A DNA stretch of 64,000 nucleotides from Nibricoccus sp. (GCA_047602425.1 JASGHG010000001.1:4864001-4928000); one strand, 5' to 3'. Positions 8,997 to 20,543 are shown, numbered from the stretch's first letter. Translations and numbers: made by a program. The notes: generated by a model from the sequence alone, not told the origin.

Positions 8997-11900
8997 ATGC
9001 GTATTGTCGTATCCCTACGGCCCCGCGTGGCCTTATCACGCCTGTTCGTTGCCCTTGCGTTTATGTTTGCCGCCACGCTGCCAGCTTCAGCCGACAGCAA
9101 CACCAAGAAACATTTCAACCTGCCAGCCGGCGACGCGGCAGTGACACTCAAGGCGTTCGCCGATCAATCTGGCGAACAGATTATTTATCCCGCCGAACAG
9201 GTTCGCGGACTTCAAACCAAGGCGGTCCAGGGCGAGTTGACCGCTCACAGCGCGCTTGAAGCGATGCTCGCCGACACAGGGCTCACCACGGTGCAGGACA
9301 AGGAAACCGGCGCCTTGGTCGTGCGGAGAACAGTGCCGGAAAAAGCGGTGCCATCCCCTTCCGTCGAGAAAGCTTTACCTGCCGAAGCGCTCAACACCAA
9401 GCCGGAGCCCGGCGAGGAAATTGTCGTTCTCTCCCCCTTCGAGATTCAAGAGACCAATAAAGGTTACTACGCCTCAAACTCGCTCTCCGGCACCCGCATC
9501 AATTCCAACCTCGAAGATCTCGCCTCGTCCATTTCCGTCGTCACGCGTCAGCAAATTATGGATACCGGCGCGCTGGATATAAACGACATCTTCAAATATG
9601 AGGCCAACACCGAGGGCATGTCGCAATATACTGAATACACAATCGACCGAAGTTTCTACAAGGAGACCACCACCCTCGCGCCCCAGTCCGCCAATCGCAT
9701 TCGCGGCATCAGCTCCGCCAACCGAACGGTCAACAATTTCGCCGTAAGCTCGGTCGTGCCCCTGGACGCCTACAATACTGAATCGATCGAAATCAGCCGC
9801 GGTCCCAACGCCAATATCTTCGGACTCGGCAACGCATCCGGCACGGTCAACGTGAACACCACCCGCGCCAGCGTCACGCGCGACAAGACTCAGATCATTG
9901 GCCGAACCGATAACAATGGACAAAGGCGCGCCAGCTTCACCCTCAACCGCGTGCTCTGGAAAAATCGCGCGGCTCTTTTGGTCCAAGGAGTCTACGACGA
10001 CAAAGGTTTCGTGCGCCAGCCTGCCTACGAAAAAATCAAACGTCTGACTGTCGGTACCACGATCAAACCTCTGCAAAGCACTACGCTGAGAGGTTCGTTC
10101 GAAACCTATCGCACCAGTTTTAGCCGCGCCAACACCACGCTGCCCCGCGATGCGTTCACCGAGTGGAACGATACTGGTCGTCCCGTCTGGAACCCTGTGA
10201 CCAGCACTTGGCGTTACCTCGACAATAGCGCGTCGGGAACAGTTTTGACCGCCAACGAAAGTCGTCTTCCGGCGGCGGGGGGATTGCCATTGGGCCTGTT
10301 TCCCCAGGGCAGCGGCTTCTGGCAAAGCCCGAGCGTGTACATCGAACCCGATGGCACCGTCTCGTACTACAGCACCAATGGCATTTCCAACTCCGCTACG
10401 GCGCCCACCGTCGCAACGCCCGCCATTCGCTACGTCGAAACAGGGACGATGTATCGTCGCACTACCGACATTACAACCATCCCCACTCCCGGCCAGCCTC
10501 TTTCGCTTCCACTTTATCAAGCGCTGAGCATCACCTCGAAATCGATCTATGATCGCGACAAGATCAATTTCCTAGCGCCAAATTTCGGCAAAGATCGCGC
10601 CGATCTCGCACAAGTGGAATTGGAACAATGGTTTTTGCGCACGGATCGGCACCAAATTGGCCTGCAAGTCGGGCTCTATAAAGAACGCATCAACACCTAC
10701 AGTCACAGCGTCTTTGCCGACTCGGACAGCGCCGCGCCCTTTCTTGCGGTCGACGTGAATGAGTTCCTCATCGATGGCAGCCCGAATCCGTATTTTCTAC
10801 GCCCTTATCTCGGCGGTTCCGCCCCAACCATCAAGTATGGCAAAGAGGACAACACCGACGCGCGAGCCACCCTTGTCTACTTGCTCGACATGACAAAAAA
10901 CAAAGGTTGGTCGAAATGGTTAGGGAAGCATAATTTCGTCGCTTACGGAGAACGCCGCGACATGCGCACGACCGCCGCGACGGCTCGCGATATAAATGTC
11001 GCCGACTACGCCTGGTCCTCGAATAACGAAAAAGCCAGTCTTCCTGTTCGCGGTAATATATATCGTCAGTTTCCTCGGTATTATCTCGGCGATGCCGTGA
11101 CCAATCCCGGTCCAATCGTCGATTATGCACCTGCCACAAACTACTCGCTGGGAAACACGCCGCTGAGTTGGTATCAGGCAACGACTCGTACCCGCGTCAA
11201 CGAAAACGCCCAAATTATGGAGGTCATCCAGTCGGCGACGCCGGGCGTCAAGGACCGCGAAATTCGCACCCAAGGAGTAACCTGGCAGGGATTTTTCTGG
11301 AAGGATCGGATCGTCACGACCTGGGGCTGGCGCTATGATCGCAATCGCGAACGCTCCACGCGTAATCTGAATTCAAATCCTTATGGCCCAAGCCAGCTGA
11401 CATCCACCGTCAATCCGGCCACCCGACTCAATGACTTCAGTTTGCTCGAATATTTCCCATTTCCGTGGGAACAAAAAGTCGGCAAGTCCCGCAACGAAGG
11501 CATCGTTTTCAAAGCGACGAAATGGCTAAACCTTAACTATAGCCAATCCAACAGCTTCAAGCCCGAGCTCCTCGCGTATGACATCAATACCAACATCCTT
11601 CCCAACCCAACCGGCAAGAGCAAGGACTACGGTTTCACGCTAAAACTTTTTAATGACAAACTGGTCGCGCGCGTCACCCGCTACGAAACAGTTGAGAAGA
11701 ATTCCCGCAACGGCTCGATCACCAGCGCAGCCGTTACGCGCACTTTACGCCTACTTTTCGATCCAGCATCTTCAAACGCTCTTACCTCGCAGACCGCGAC
11801 AGTGAGTCATCCTACCAACGATCCTAACGTCTACAACGTCACCTTTGGCAGCAACGGTCAGGACGGTTTCGATCTCGAGCAACTTGCCGCTCAGTGGTAC

Positions 11901-12809
11901 ATGCAATCCTGGGCACAAACCAACTCGATTCCAGCAGGCCCTGTCCCGGCCACCGTGATCGCCGCGTCCCAGCAATATGCGGTCAACACCTACCTCGCGC
12001 CGCTCGGCATAGACCAGGCCTATATCGATCGAATCCGTGCGCTCGGGGCCAGTGCGTTCACCGATGTAAACACTGTTACGTCCAAAGGCATGGAGGTTGA
12101 ACTTTCCTTCAATCCGAATCGCTACTGGACACTTAAGGTCACAGGAGCCGAACAAAAAGCCATCGACAGCGAGCTTGGCCACGCGGTGACGGACTTCATA
12201 AACACCCGCGTTGTGCCTGCCGAAACCATCGTCGTACCCACCACCACCGCAACCACTGCCAATGGTACAGCCGGTCAGCCTTGGTGGAAAACCGGCGCCA
12301 CCGGGACTGCGTCGGGCACCAATACTCCCTCCGGATTTTATATCGCCAATGTCAAATCGGTGATCGGCCTCGCCACGGCCAATGCCGGCAAGCCACGCGC
12401 CCAAACCCGCAGATATCAGGTGAACATGACCACCAACTATCAATTGGCAGGCGCCTTCGATAACAAGTACCTCAAGCGCACCTCCGTGGGCGGCTCGTTG
12501 CGTTGGGCCAGTCAATCAGCTGTAGGCTATTACGGAGCCGCTCCCGATCCTGCCTATAATTACGCTGTAGTTGACTACGATGCTAACCGACCGATCTACG
12601 ACAAGGCGCGCACTTACGTCGATTTCAAGTTGTCCCACGACCTGCCGCTCTGGAGCAACAAGGTGAAATGCAGGATCCAACTCAACGTGAACAACGTTTT
12701 CGAAAACGGCCATTTGCAGCCGATTGCCTATAACCCCGACGGTCGAGCCTGGGGCTATCGCATCGTCGATCCGCGCCAGTTTATTTTAACCGTCAGTTTC
12801 GATCTTTAA
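8997..12809 (+). CDS. TonB-dependent receptor/transducer with N-terminal STN signalling domain
   Basis: Signal peptide, FNLPAGDAAVTLKAFADQSGEQI (STN), IVVLSPFEI TonB-box region, plug IEISRGPNANIFGLG, C-terminal ..TVSFDL. ORF track starts at 8892; ATG 8997 fits the signal peptide better. Confidence 0.92.
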   Translation: MRIVVSLRPRVALSRLFVALAFMFAATLPASADSNTKKHFNLPAGDAAVTLKAFADQSGEQIIYPAEQVRGLQTKAVQGELTAHSALEAMLADTGLTTVQDKETGALVVRRTVPEKAVPSPSVEKALPAEALNTKPEPGEEIVVLSPFEIQETNKGYYASNSLSGTRINSNLEDLASSISVVTRQQIMDTGALDINDIFKYEANTEGMSQYTEYTIDRSFYKETTTLAPQSANRIRGISSANRTVNNFAVSSVVPLDAYNTESIEISRGPNANIFGLGNASGTVNVNTTRASVTRDKTQIIGRTDNNGQRRASFTLNRVLWKNRAALLVQGVYDDKGFVRQPAYEKIKRLTVGTTIKPLQSTTLRGSFETYRTSFSRANTTLPRDAFTEWNDTGRPVWNPVTSTWRYLDNSASGTVLTANESRLPAAGGLPLGLFPQGSGFWQSPSVYIEPDGTVSYYSTNGISNSATAPTVATPAIRYVETGTMYRRTTDITTIPTPGQPLSLPLYQALSITSKSIYDRDKINFLAPNFGKDRADLAQVELEQWFLRTDRHQIGLQVGLYKERINTYSHSVFADSDSAAPFLAVDVNEFLIDGSPNPYFLRPYLGGSAPTIKYGKEDNTDARATLVYLLDMTKNKGWSKWLGKHNFVAYGERRDMRTTAATARDINVADYAWSSNNEKASLPVRGNIYRQFPRYYLGDAVTNPGPIVDYAPATNYSLGNTPLSWYQATTRTRVNENAQIMEVIQSATPGVKDREIRTQGVTWQGFFWKDRIVTTWGWRYDRNRERSTRNLNSNPYGPSQLTSTVNPATRLNDFSLLEYFPFPWEQKVGKSRNEGIVFKATKWLNLNYSQSNSFKPELLAYDINTNILPNPTGKSKDYGFTLKLFNDKLVARVTRYETVEKNSRNGSITSAAVTRTLRLLFDPASSNALTSQTATVSHPTNDPNVYNVTFGSNGQDGFDLEQLAAQWYMQSWAQTNSIPAGPVPATVIAASQQYAVNTYLAPLGIDQAYIDRIRALGASAFTDVNTVTSKGMEVELSFNPNRYWTLKVTGAEQKAIDSELGHAVTDFINTRVVPAETIVVPTTTATTANGTAGQPWWKTGATGTASGTNTPSGFYIANVKSVIGLATANAGKPRAQTRRYQVNMTTNYQLAGAFDNKYLKRTSVGGSLRWASQSAVGYYGAAPDPAYNYAVVDYDANRPIYDKARTYVDFKLSHDLPLWSNKVKCRIQLNVNNVFENGHLQPIAYNPDGRAWGYRIVDPRQFILTVSFDL

Positions 12810-12833
12810 GGGCGGTTTTTGATGGGAGTATCC

Positions 12834-12868
12834 AGCCGCTGTCTCCCACGAGACAGCGGCTTTGCTTT
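12834..12868 (+). terminator. Rho-independent terminator after the TonB receptor
   Basis: agccgctgtctc-ccac-gagacagcggct perfect 12-bp stem followed by ttgcttt. Confidence 0.7.
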
Positions 12869-12983
12869 ACACGAATCACGAGTGCACGGGACTCTTCCCT
12901 TAGCCGCTCGATCTCGTGGTGCCCTTCCGATCGCTTCGCTACGACCGCGCTCCACAAGATGGGTCACTGCGCGCAGGATGCCT

Positions 12984-13850
12984 TTACTCCGCCAGTTCGT
13001 GCCGCAGCCGGTACTCGCGCGGCGTGCAGCCGCAGGCCCGGCGAAAGGCTTCGTTGAAACGACTGATCGAGTTAAACCCAGAACCAAATGCTATCTCCAC
13101 AATCTTCTTCTCCGTGGTGGCGAGCAGCCGCTGCGCATGGGAAATGCGGTGATGCGTGAGGTAATCGATCAGCGTCGTGCCAAAGGTTTTTTTGAAAAGA
13201 TTCATCGCGTAGTTCGGATGCAATCCGACTTTTTGACCTATCTGATCGACCGTGAGTGGTTCGGTGTAGCGTTGGGCGATCAGGCAGGCCATCTGCTCGA
13301 CCTTGTTAAGGCCTCCGCCTTGCAAGGCTTTTTGGCGGCGTGTGGTGGTTTTGCCGGTGGGATTCTGAAGCTCGCGCTGCCCGGCTGCGAGCCGCATGAG
13401 CCGCGCCTCTATCTCTGTCATCACGATTTCCGCGGTCGTTTTGCGAGGTTGGCGCAGGTCGCTTTCCCATTCGGAAAAGAGCATGTGGTCGGCGCGACTC
13501 CGCTGGGCGGACGGTTCTTGTTGCACTTCTCCCCGCAGCAAGGCCTGCACAAAACCTTCCGGCAGGCGAAACTGCAAAAACCAGGAAAACGGAACCGTCG
13601 CCACGAAATATTCGGTCTTGGGCGCGTAGTCCAAAATCTGATGTGGAATCGCCGCCCAAAATACGCTGAGCCGGCCGGCTTCCAGGCGGATTTTCCGGCC
13701 GCCAAGGAGGTACGAAACCCAACCGCTTCCCAGGAAATTGAGCTCCACTTCGTTATGATGATCCGGGCGACGCATCGGCGACGGATTCCAACGGACACAG
13801 GTCAGCCCATACGGCGAAAAATCAGGACGATTGGGATCGAATGTGACCAT
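12984..13850 (-). CDS. AraC-family regulator (MelR-like), divergent from the catabolic operon
   Basis: Cupin PDHHNEVELN..FWAAIPHQ and C-terminal IVEIAFGSGFNSISRFNEAFRRACGCTPREYR. Confidence 0.93.
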   Translation of the reverse strand: MVTFDPNRPDFSPYGLTCVRWNPSPMRRPDHHNEVELNFLGSGWVSYLLGGRKIRLEAGRLSVFWAAIPHQILDYAPKTEYFVATVPFSWFLQFRLPEGFVQALLRGEVQQEPSAQRSRADHMLFSEWESDLRQPRKTTAEIVMTEIEARLMRLAAGQRELQNPTGKTTTRRQKALQGGGLNKVEQMACLIAQRYTEPLTVDQIGQKVGLHPNYAMNLFKKTFGTTLIDYLTHHRISHAQRLLATTEKKIVEIAFGSGFNSISRFNEAFRRACGCTPREYRLRHELAE

Positions 13851-13981
13851 GGCGATCTTAGGATTCCGTTATAAACTGACATAATCACGGAAGAATTGAG
13901 CCAAAAGTCACCTTATATTTGCCGCTTTCGGTTTCCGCCCGTCGGGATCCGCCTTGGTCCAACCCCAATAAACCTCCTCTC

Positions 13982-15406
13982 ATGCGTTCGACGAAATTCT
14001 CCATCGGTGTCATCTTCGGCAACCGCGATTTCTTCCCCGATCATCTGGTCACGGAAGCTCGCGCTGATCTCGGCAAGCTCTTCGCCGAGCTCGGTGTGAC
14101 CGCCGTCATGCTCAGTCCCGAAGACTCCAAGCTCGGTGGCGTCGAGACCCACGCCGAGGCCCGCAAATGCGCGGATCTCTTCGCCAAAAACCGCGACGAC
14201 ATCGCCGGCGTGCTCGTGTGCCTGCCGAATTTCGGCGACGAAAAGGGCGTGGCCGACACGCTAAAACTCTCCGGCCTCAATGTGCCCGTGCTCGTGCAGG
14301 GTTATCCCGACGATCTCGATCGCCTCGACGTCGTCCGCCGCCGCGATGCGTTCTGTGGAAAAATTTCCGTCTGCAACAATCTCCGCCAGGCCGGCATCCC
14401 CTACTCGCTCACGACCAAGCACGTCGTCCGTCCGACCGACCCGAGCTTCCGCGCCGACTTCGCGAAGTTTCTTGGCGTCTGTCGCGTGGTTCGTGGTTTG
14501 CAGAATGTCCGCATCGGCGCCGTCGGCGCCCGTCCCGGTGCGTTCAACACGGTTCGTTATTCGGAAAAGATCCTCGAGAAAAACGGCATCAGCGTCACCA
14601 CCGTCGATCTCTCCGAAATCCTCGGCCAGGCCGCCAAGCTCGAAGCCACGCATAAACGCGTCGTCGCCAAGACCGACGAAATCAAAGCCTATGCCAACTC
14701 CACCGCCGTCCCGCCGGCCAAGCTTCTTCAGATGGCCCGTCTCGGCGTGGTGCTCGACGATTTTGTTTCTGCGCAACAACTCGATGCCACCGCCATCCAG
14801 TGCTGGACATCCCTGCAGGCCAACCACGGTTGCAACGTCTGCACGAGCATGAGCATGATGAGCGAGGCCATGTTGCCCAGCGCCTGCGAAGTCGATGTCA
14901 CCGGCGTGCTAACCATGTACGTGATGCAACTCGCCTCCAATTCGCCGAGCGCGCTCGTTGATTGGAACAACAACTACGGCGCGGAAGACGACAAATGCGT
15001 GCTCTTCCACTGTGGCAATTGGGCAAAAACTTTCCTGCCCGACATCAAGGTCCTCAACGCGCCGATTCTCGGCTCCACGCTCGGCGTCGAAAACACCTGG
15101 GGTGCCCTCGACGGACGCACCACCGCCCGCCCGCTCACTTACGGGCGCATCACAACCGACGACTGCAATGGCGTCATGCGCGCTTACGTTGGCGAAGGCC
15201 AACTGACCAACGACGATCTCAAGACCTTCGGCAATCGCGCCGTCGCGCACGTTCCAAAATTGCAGAAGCTCATGCGCCATGTTTGTCGCGAAGGTTTCGA
15301 ACACCACGTCGTCATGAACGGCTCGCACACGGCCGATATTCTCGCCGAGGCTTTCCAAACTTATCTGGGTTGGGAAACCTACCACCACGAAGCTCCTGAC
15401 GCCTGA
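13982..15406 (+). CDS. L-fucose/L-arabinose isomerase-family protein (candidate apiose isomerase)
   Basis: NFGDEKG, RDAFCGKISVCNNL, AIQCW, PSACEVD, FHCG, GFEHH motifs; first gene of the operon. Start set at ATG 13982. Confidence 0.85.
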   Translation: MRSTKFSIGVIFGNRDFFPDHLVTEARADLGKLFAELGVTAVMLSPEDSKLGGVETHAEARKCADLFAKNRDDIAGVLVCLPNFGDEKGVADTLKLSGLNVPVLVQGYPDDLDRLDVVRRRDAFCGKISVCNNLRQAGIPYSLTTKHVVRPTDPSFRADFAKFLGVCRVVRGLQNVRIGAVGARPGAFNTVRYSEKILEKNGISVTTVDLSEILGQAAKLEATHKRVVAKTDEIKAYANSTAVPPAKLLQMARLGVVLDDFVSAQQLDATAIQCWTSLQANHGCNVCTSMSMMSEAMLPSACEVDVTGVLTMYVMQLASNSPSALVDWNNNYGAEDDKCVLFHCGNWAKTFLPDIKVLNAPILGSTLGVENTWGALDGRTTARPLTYGRITTDDCNGVMRAYVGEGQLTNDDLKTFGNRAVAHVPKLQKLMRHVCREGFEHHVVMNGSHTADILAEAFQTYLGWETYHHEAPDA

Positions 15407-15415
15407 CCTCCGACC

Positions 15416-15441
15416 TTGTAGGAGTGGCTTTACACCGCGAT
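15416..15441. repeat. Single GTAG-type REP
   Basis: ttgtaggagtggctttacaccgcgat differs at 2 positions from the reverse complement of 2680-2705. Confidence 0.8.
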
Positions 15442-15486
15442 CCCATCCGCTCCGTTTACTCACTACTCGCTCCTTCCGCGCCGCCC

Positions 15487-16326
15487 ATGCTCACCGACCA
15501 GCAGCTCGCTCTCAAATCGCTCCGTTACCGGCGCAAGATCATCGACGTGATCAAGCAAGCCGGCGCCGGCCACACCGGCGGCGACCTCTCGTGCACGGAC
15601 ATCCTGAACGTATTGTATAACCGGATACTCCGCGTCTCGCCCGCCACGTTTGCCGACCCGAAGCGCGACCGCTACGTCCAGAGCAAGGGGCACTGCGCCG
15701 AAGCTTTGTTCACCGTGCTTGCCGACTGCGGCTTTTTCCCCGCCTCCGATCTCGACACGGTCTGCCACTACCAGTCGCACTATGTCGGCCATCCGACGCG
15801 CCACGTGAACGGCGTCGAGCAAAACACCGGCGGCCTCGGCCACGGCTTGCCGATATGTGTTGGTATGGCCATCGCAGGAAAACTCGACCACGCCAGCTAC
15901 CGCGTTTTCACGCTGCTCGGTGACGGAGAACTCGCCGAAGGCTCCAACTGGGAGGCCGCCATGTGCGCCGCCCACTACAAACTCGACAACCTCACCGCCA
16001 TCGTGGACTGCAACACGCTTCAAATCTCCGGCCGCACCCGCGACGTCATGAGCAACGAGCCGCTCGCGGAAAAACTCGCCGCCTTCGGCTGGGCCGTCCG
16101 CACGATCGACGGTCACAGTATCCCCGAGCTTACCGCCGCGCTCCAACAACCGCTCGAAACCGGCAAACCATCCGCCATCATCGCCCGCACCGTGAAGGGC
16201 AAAGGCGTCAGCTTCATGGAGGACGTCGCCAAATGGCATCACGGCGTGCCGACTGACGAAGAGTATAAAAACGCCCTCGCCGAGCTCGACGCCGCAATCG
16301 CCAAAATGGAAGGAGCCGCCAAATGA
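15487..16326 (+). CDS. Transketolase N-terminal (ThDP-binding) subunit, AptA-like
   Basis: GHTGGDLS, RDRYVQSKGH, TGGLGHGL, GDGELAEGSNWEA ThDP motif. Confidence 0.93.
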   Translation: MLTDQQLALKSLRYRRKIIDVIKQAGAGHTGGDLSCTDILNVLYNRILRVSPATFADPKRDRYVQSKGHCAEALFTVLADCGFFPASDLDTVCHYQSHYVGHPTRHVNGVEQNTGGLGHGLPICVGMAIAGKLDHASYRVFTLLGDGELAEGSNWEAAMCAAHYKLDNLTAIVDCNTLQISGRTRDVMSNEPLAEKLAAFGWAVRTIDGHSIPELTAALQQPLETGKPSAIIARTVKGKGVSFMEDVAKWHHGVPTDEEYKNALAELDAAIAKMEGAAK

Positions 16327-17324
16327 GCGCACCCGCCCCGTCAATGTACAGCGAAGCCGCCAAACACGCCGCGGCCTCCATCGGACTGAAAATGGGCCGC
16401 GCCAACCTCGACGAATTCGCCGCCACGCTGCAGTCGCTCGCCCAGGCCGATCGCAACGTCCTCGCCGTCACCAGCGACTCCCGCGGCTCCGGCAAGCTTG
16501 CACCTTACGGCAAAGCTCTGCCGAACCAGATCGTTGAGGTAGGCATCGCCGAACAAAATCTCGTCGGTGTCGCCGCCGGCCTCGCCTCCTGCGGCAAGAC
16601 CGTTTTCGCCGTCTCGCCCGCGTGTTTCCTCACCGCGCGTTCGCTTGAGCAGATCAAAAACGACGTCGCCTACTCCGACAATCCCGTGACGCTCGTCGGC
16701 ATCAGCGCTGGCGTGAGCTACGGCGCGCTCGGCTCGACGCACCACTCGTTGCACGACCTCGCCGTTCTCCGCGCAATCAACAATCTCGTCGTCGTCGCTC
16801 CGGCCGACAACTTTGAAACCCGCGAAGCCGTCAAAGCCGCCGCCGCTTCGAAAGTCCCCGTTTACCTCCGCTTCGGCAAGGCCCCGCTGTACGACCTGCC
16901 CGTCTCCAACGAACCATTCCAGTTTGGCAAAGCCCGCATTCTCCACGAAGGCACCGACGTCGCGTTCATCGCCACGGGCGAAACCGTCGTCCACGCTTTG
17001 CTCGCGGCCATCCACCTTGAGCAAACCGCCAATCGACGCTGCCGTGTTATCAGCATGCCTACGGTGAAACCGCTCGATACCGAAGCCATCCTCGCCGCCG
17101 CCCGCGATTGCGACGCGATTATCACCGTCGAAGAACACATGGTTCACGGCGGACTCGGCGAAGCCGTCGCCAGCGTGCTCGCGCAATCTGGCGTGCCTCT
17201 GAATTTCAAAATCGTCGGCATCCCCGACGAATACACGGTGACCGGCAGCCAGGCCGACATCTTCCGTCACTACGGTCTCTCGATGGAGTCCCTCGCCAAA
17301 ACCGCCCGCGCCCTTCTTCCTTAA
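16323..17324 (+). CDS. Transketolase C-terminal subunit, AptB-like
   Basis: VGIAEQNLVGVAAGLA, RSLEQIKND, YGALGSTHHSLHD, ITVEEHMVHGGLGEAV; ATGA overlap with the previous gene. Confidence 0.93.
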   Translation: MSAPAPSMYSEAAKHAAASIGLKMGRANLDEFAATLQSLAQADRNVLAVTSDSRGSGKLAPYGKALPNQIVEVGIAEQNLVGVAAGLASCGKTVFAVSPACFLTARSLEQIKNDVAYSDNPVTLVGISAGVSYGALGSTHHSLHDLAVLRAINNLVVVAPADNFETREAVKAAAASKVPVYLRFGKAPLYDLPVSNEPFQFGKARILHEGTDVAFIATGETVVHALLAAIHLEQTANRRCRVISMPTVKPLDTEAILAAARDCDAIITVEEHMVHGGLGEAVASVLAQSGVPLNFKIVGIPDEYTVTGSQADIFRHYGLSMESLAKTARALLP

Positions 17325-17350
17325 CTATCGCCTTGGTCTACGGATTTCCG

Positions 17351-17388
17351 ATCTCAAATCGAAAATCGAAACTCAAAAATCGTAAATC
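17351..17388. repeat. Heptamer-period repeat (atcgaaa-like x5)
   Basis: atctcaa atcgaaa atcgaaa ctcaaaa atcgtaa atc immediately before the kinase start. Confidence 0.7.
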
Positions 17389-17391
17389 CCT

Positions 17392-18879
17392 ATGCCCCTC
17401 GTCCTCGCGGTTGATCAAAGCACCTCGGCCACCAAGGCGCTGCTCTTCGACGAAACGGGTCGCTCGCTCGACCGCGAATCGCGCGAGCACAAACAAATCT
17501 ATCCGCAGCCCGGCTGGGTCGAACACGACGCCGAGGAAATCTGGCAGAATACTCTCACAACCCTGAGAGCCATCGTGCAACGGCAACAGGTGCGACTCGC
17601 CGAAGTCGCCTGCCTGAGCATCACCAATCAGCGCGAAACCATCGTCGTTTTCGAACGCGGCACCGGCAAACCGCTGCACAATGCCCTCGTCTGGCAGGAC
17701 CGCCGCGGCGATCCACTTTGTGCCGAACAATCAAAAACCGGCCACGAGCCCGCCATTCACGCCCGCACCGGCCTCAAGCTCGACGCCTATTTCTCGGGTT
17801 CGAAACTCCAATGGCTCGTCCGCCACAACGCTGAAATCGCCCGCCGTCTCGCCAGCGGTTCCGCCCTGATCGGTACAATCGACGCCTACCTCATCTACCG
17901 CCTGACTAACGGCGCGGTCTTTGCCACCGACTCCACCAACGCTTCCCGCACACTGCTCTTCGATATCGGCAAACTCCGCTGGGACGAAGAACTTTGTTCC
18001 TGGTGGCAGGTTCCGCCCAAGGCCCTGCCCGAGGTCCGCGATTCCTCGGCCCGCTTCGGCGAAACCACGCTCGGCGGCGCGCTCGGCAAACCTTTGCCGA
18101 TCTGCGGTGTCATCGGTGATTCGCAGGCCTCGCTCTTCGCCCAACGTTGTTACCGCCCGGGCTCGGCCAAAGTCACTTTCGGCACCGGTTCGTCGGTTCT
18201 CCTCAACATTGGGCCATCGCCAAAATTCTCGCAGCGTGGCGTCGTCACCGCCCTCGCGTGGGTTATCAACGGCGCCCCAACCTATGCTTTTGAGGGGATA
18301 ATCATTAGTTCGGCAGCCACACTTTCCTGGTTGCGCGAGCAACTCGGCATGTTCGCCAATGTCGCCGAACTCGACCGCCTTGCCCTTGAAGTCGAAAGCA
18401 ACGAGGGCGTTTACCTCGTACCCGCATTTTCGGGGCTCGGACTGCCGCACTGGCAGCCGGCCGCGCGGGCCGCGATTGTCGGCCTGAGCAATCATAGCGA
18501 TCGCCGACACATCGCCCGCGCGGGCATCGAATCGATTGCCTACCAGATCGCCGATGCGCTTAACGCCATGGAAGCCGAAGCGGGCGTCCCGTTGAAAGCG
18601 TTGCACGGCGACGGCGGCACGACCGCCAATAAATTCCTCATGCAGTTCACCGCCGATCTCACCGGCGTCAATCTGCGCGTCTCGACCATGTCCGATTGCT
18701 CGCCGCTCGGCGCCGCTTTGGCGGGATTGATTGGCATGGGAATCTACCGTTCGCTCGACGACATCGACGCGATAAAGACCGGCGAAACCATTTATCAGCC
18801 AGCGAAAGAATCGACCAAAGCCGCCGACGCTTATGCTGGCTGGCAACACGCCGTCAGCCAGGTCCTTCCCCGGACGTAG
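17392..18879 (+). CDS. FGGY carbohydrate kinase, glycerol-kinase-like (candidate apulose kinase, AplK-like)
   Basis: [61 protein letters not shown]. Confidence 0.9.
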   Translation: MPLVLAVDQSTSATKALLFDETGRSLDRESREHKQIYPQPGWVEHDAEEIWQNTLTTLRAIVQRQQVRLAEVACLSITNQRETIVVFERGTGKPLHNALVWQDRRGDPLCAEQSKTGHEPAIHARTGLKLDAYFSGSKLQWLVRHNAEIARRLASGSALIGTIDAYLIYRLTNGAVFATDSTNASRTLLFDIGKLRWDEELCSWWQVPPKALPEVRDSSARFGETTLGGALGKPLPICGVIGDSQASLFAQRCYRPGSAKVTFGTGSSVLLNIGPSPKFSQRGVVTALAWVINGAPTYAFEGIIISSAATLSWLREQLGMFANVAELDRLALEVESNEGVYLVPAFSGLGLPHWQPAARAAIVGLSNHSDRRHIARAGIESIAYQIADALNAMEAEAGVPLKALHGDGGTTANKFLMQFTADLTGVNLRVSTMSDCSPLGAALAGLIGMGIYRSLDDIDAIKTGETIYQPAKESTKAADAYAGWQHAVSQVLPRT

Positions 18880-18910
18880 CCGAACCCTTCAAGTCCCAAT
18901 ACCCTGCCCC

Positions 18911-19885
18911 ATGATCCACCCAAAACGACTCCTCACGTTTGTTCGCGCTTCGCTTCTTTTCGTTTTCGCCGTCGCATTTTTCTCCACGCCGTCGTTCGCC
19001 GCGGACACCAAGCGTGTCGCTGTCGTTGTCTCCACGCTCAACAACCCGTGGTTCGTCGTGCTCGCCAACACCGCCCGCGACGAAGCGATCAAGCTCGGCT
19101 ATGAAGCCACGATTTTCGATTCGCAAAACGATCCCGCCAAGGAAGCCGCCACGTTTGAAAACGTCATCGCCTCCGGTTACTCCGCGATTCTTTTCAACTG
19201 CACCGACAAGGACGGCTCCGTCGCCAACGTCCGTCGGGCCAAAGCCGCGAACATTCCCGTCTTCTGCATGGATCGCGAGATCAACGCCACCGACGCCGCC
19301 GTTTCGCAGATTCTCTCCGACAACTATTCCGGCTGCATCACGCTGGGAAAATATTTCGTGAAGCAGGTCGGCCAGAGTGGGAAGTACGTCGAACTGCTCG
19401 GTCTCGTCGGTGACGCCAACACGTGGAACCGCTCCAAAGGCTTTCACTCCGTCGTCGACCGTTTTCCCGGTTTGAAGATGGTTGCGCAGCAATCCGCCGA
19501 CTTCGACCGCGGTCGCGCTATGGAGGTGCTTGAGTCGATTTTGCAATCCAATCCCGACATCGACGCCGTCTTCTGCGGCAACGACGCCATGGCCATGGGC
19601 GCGTATCAAGCGCTGCTGGCCGCGGGCAAGGCGGAGAAGGTCAAAGTCTTCGGCTTCGATGGCGCCGACGATGTCGTGAAGTCGATCGCCGAAGGAAAAA
19701 TCGTCGCGACGGGGATGCAGTTTCCAAAGCTCATGGCGAAAACCGCTGCCATCTCGGCCGACAAATATCTCAAGGGCGAGCGCAGCCTTCCTCAACGAAT
19801 CCCGGTCGCCGTGGAACTGGTGACCCGCGACAACGTCGCCAAGTATGGCGACTACGGCAAAAATGAGTCCAAAGAGTCCAAGTAG
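18911..19885 (+). CDS. Sugar ABC transporter substrate-binding protein (RbsB fold; apiose-type context)
   Basis: Signal peptide, [36 protein letters not shown]. Confidence 0.92.
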   Translation: MIHPKRLLTFVRASLLFVFAVAFFSTPSFAADTKRVAVVVSTLNNPWFVVLANTARDEAIKLGYEATIFDSQNDPAKEAATFENVIASGYSAILFNCTDKDGSVANVRRAKAANIPVFCMDREINATDAAVSQILSDNYSGCITLGKYFVKQVGQSGKYVELLGLVGDANTWNRSKGFHSVVDRFPGLKMVAQQSADFDRGRAMEVLESILQSNPDIDAVFCGNDAMAMGAYQALLAAGKAEKVKVFGFDGADDVVKSIAEGKIVATGMQFPKLMAKTAAISADKYLKGERSLPQRIPVAVELVTRDNVAKYGDYGKNESKESK

Positions 19886-20543
19886 TCCCGCGAAGCCTTC
19901 GTCGGGCCAATGGATCTTCCAGGCAGCGCTCATCGCGCTTGCCGTGGTTCCTTTCGTCGTTTTTCCGCCGGTTCGCTGCAAAACCAAGGCCGCTCCCGGC
20001 GCCGCGACTGCGCGTCAGGTTTTCGACCCACAAACTTTCGCCCGCCGTTTTTGGGCGGAGAAACTAGTTCCTGCCGCGAAGTCCGCCACCAGCGTCGCCG
20101 ATCTTTACGCGGCGATTCAGGCTAATCCCGCCACAGCTGCCGCAAAATACGCGCACCCGGTCGGACTCGGTGGCACATCGTATTATTTCGTAGCAGGCCG
20201 AGGTGTTGTCACCGCCGTCAGCGACGAGAGCATCACGCTTTCTCTCCCCGACAATCCGACAGCGACCGTTGTAATTGAAACCGGACTCGTCTTCGGCAAC
20301 GCCGTCCGCGATGGCTCCGGTCTTCTCGACGTGAACGCGTTCGCCAACTCCGAGGAATTCAACGCCGTCGCCTCCGCCCTCAATACGATCGTCGAAATCG
20401 AAATCATCCCGACAGCGCGAAAGGCCGGTGTCGTCGGAAGCCCGCTCCGTTTTTCAGGCATCGCCGAACTCGCAAACACCGACAGCGATCCGCGTCCTCT
20501 GAGCCTCGTGCCCGTAAGTGTAAGCATGGAGGCGGCGCCATGA
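19863..20543 (+). CDS. DUF2291-family periplasmic protein
   Basis: N-terminal [40 protein letters not shown]; lies between SBP and ATPase. Confidence 0.82.
   Translation: MSPKSPSSPAKPSSGQWIFQAALIALAVVPFVVFPPVRCKTKAAPGAATARQVFDPQTFARRFWAEKLVPAAKSATSVADLYAAIQANPATAAAKYAHPVGLGGTSYYFVAGRGVVTAVSDESITLSLPDNPTATVVIETGLVFGNAVRDGSGLLDVNAFANSEEFNAVASALNTIVEIEIIPTARKAGVVGSPLRFSGIAELANTDSDPRPLSLVPVSVSMEAAP

Noticed and set aside
17392..18879. glpK (glycerol utilisation)
   Set aside because: The fold matches, but the context is isomerase/transketolase/sugar ABC with no glpD or glpF, so no symbol assigned.
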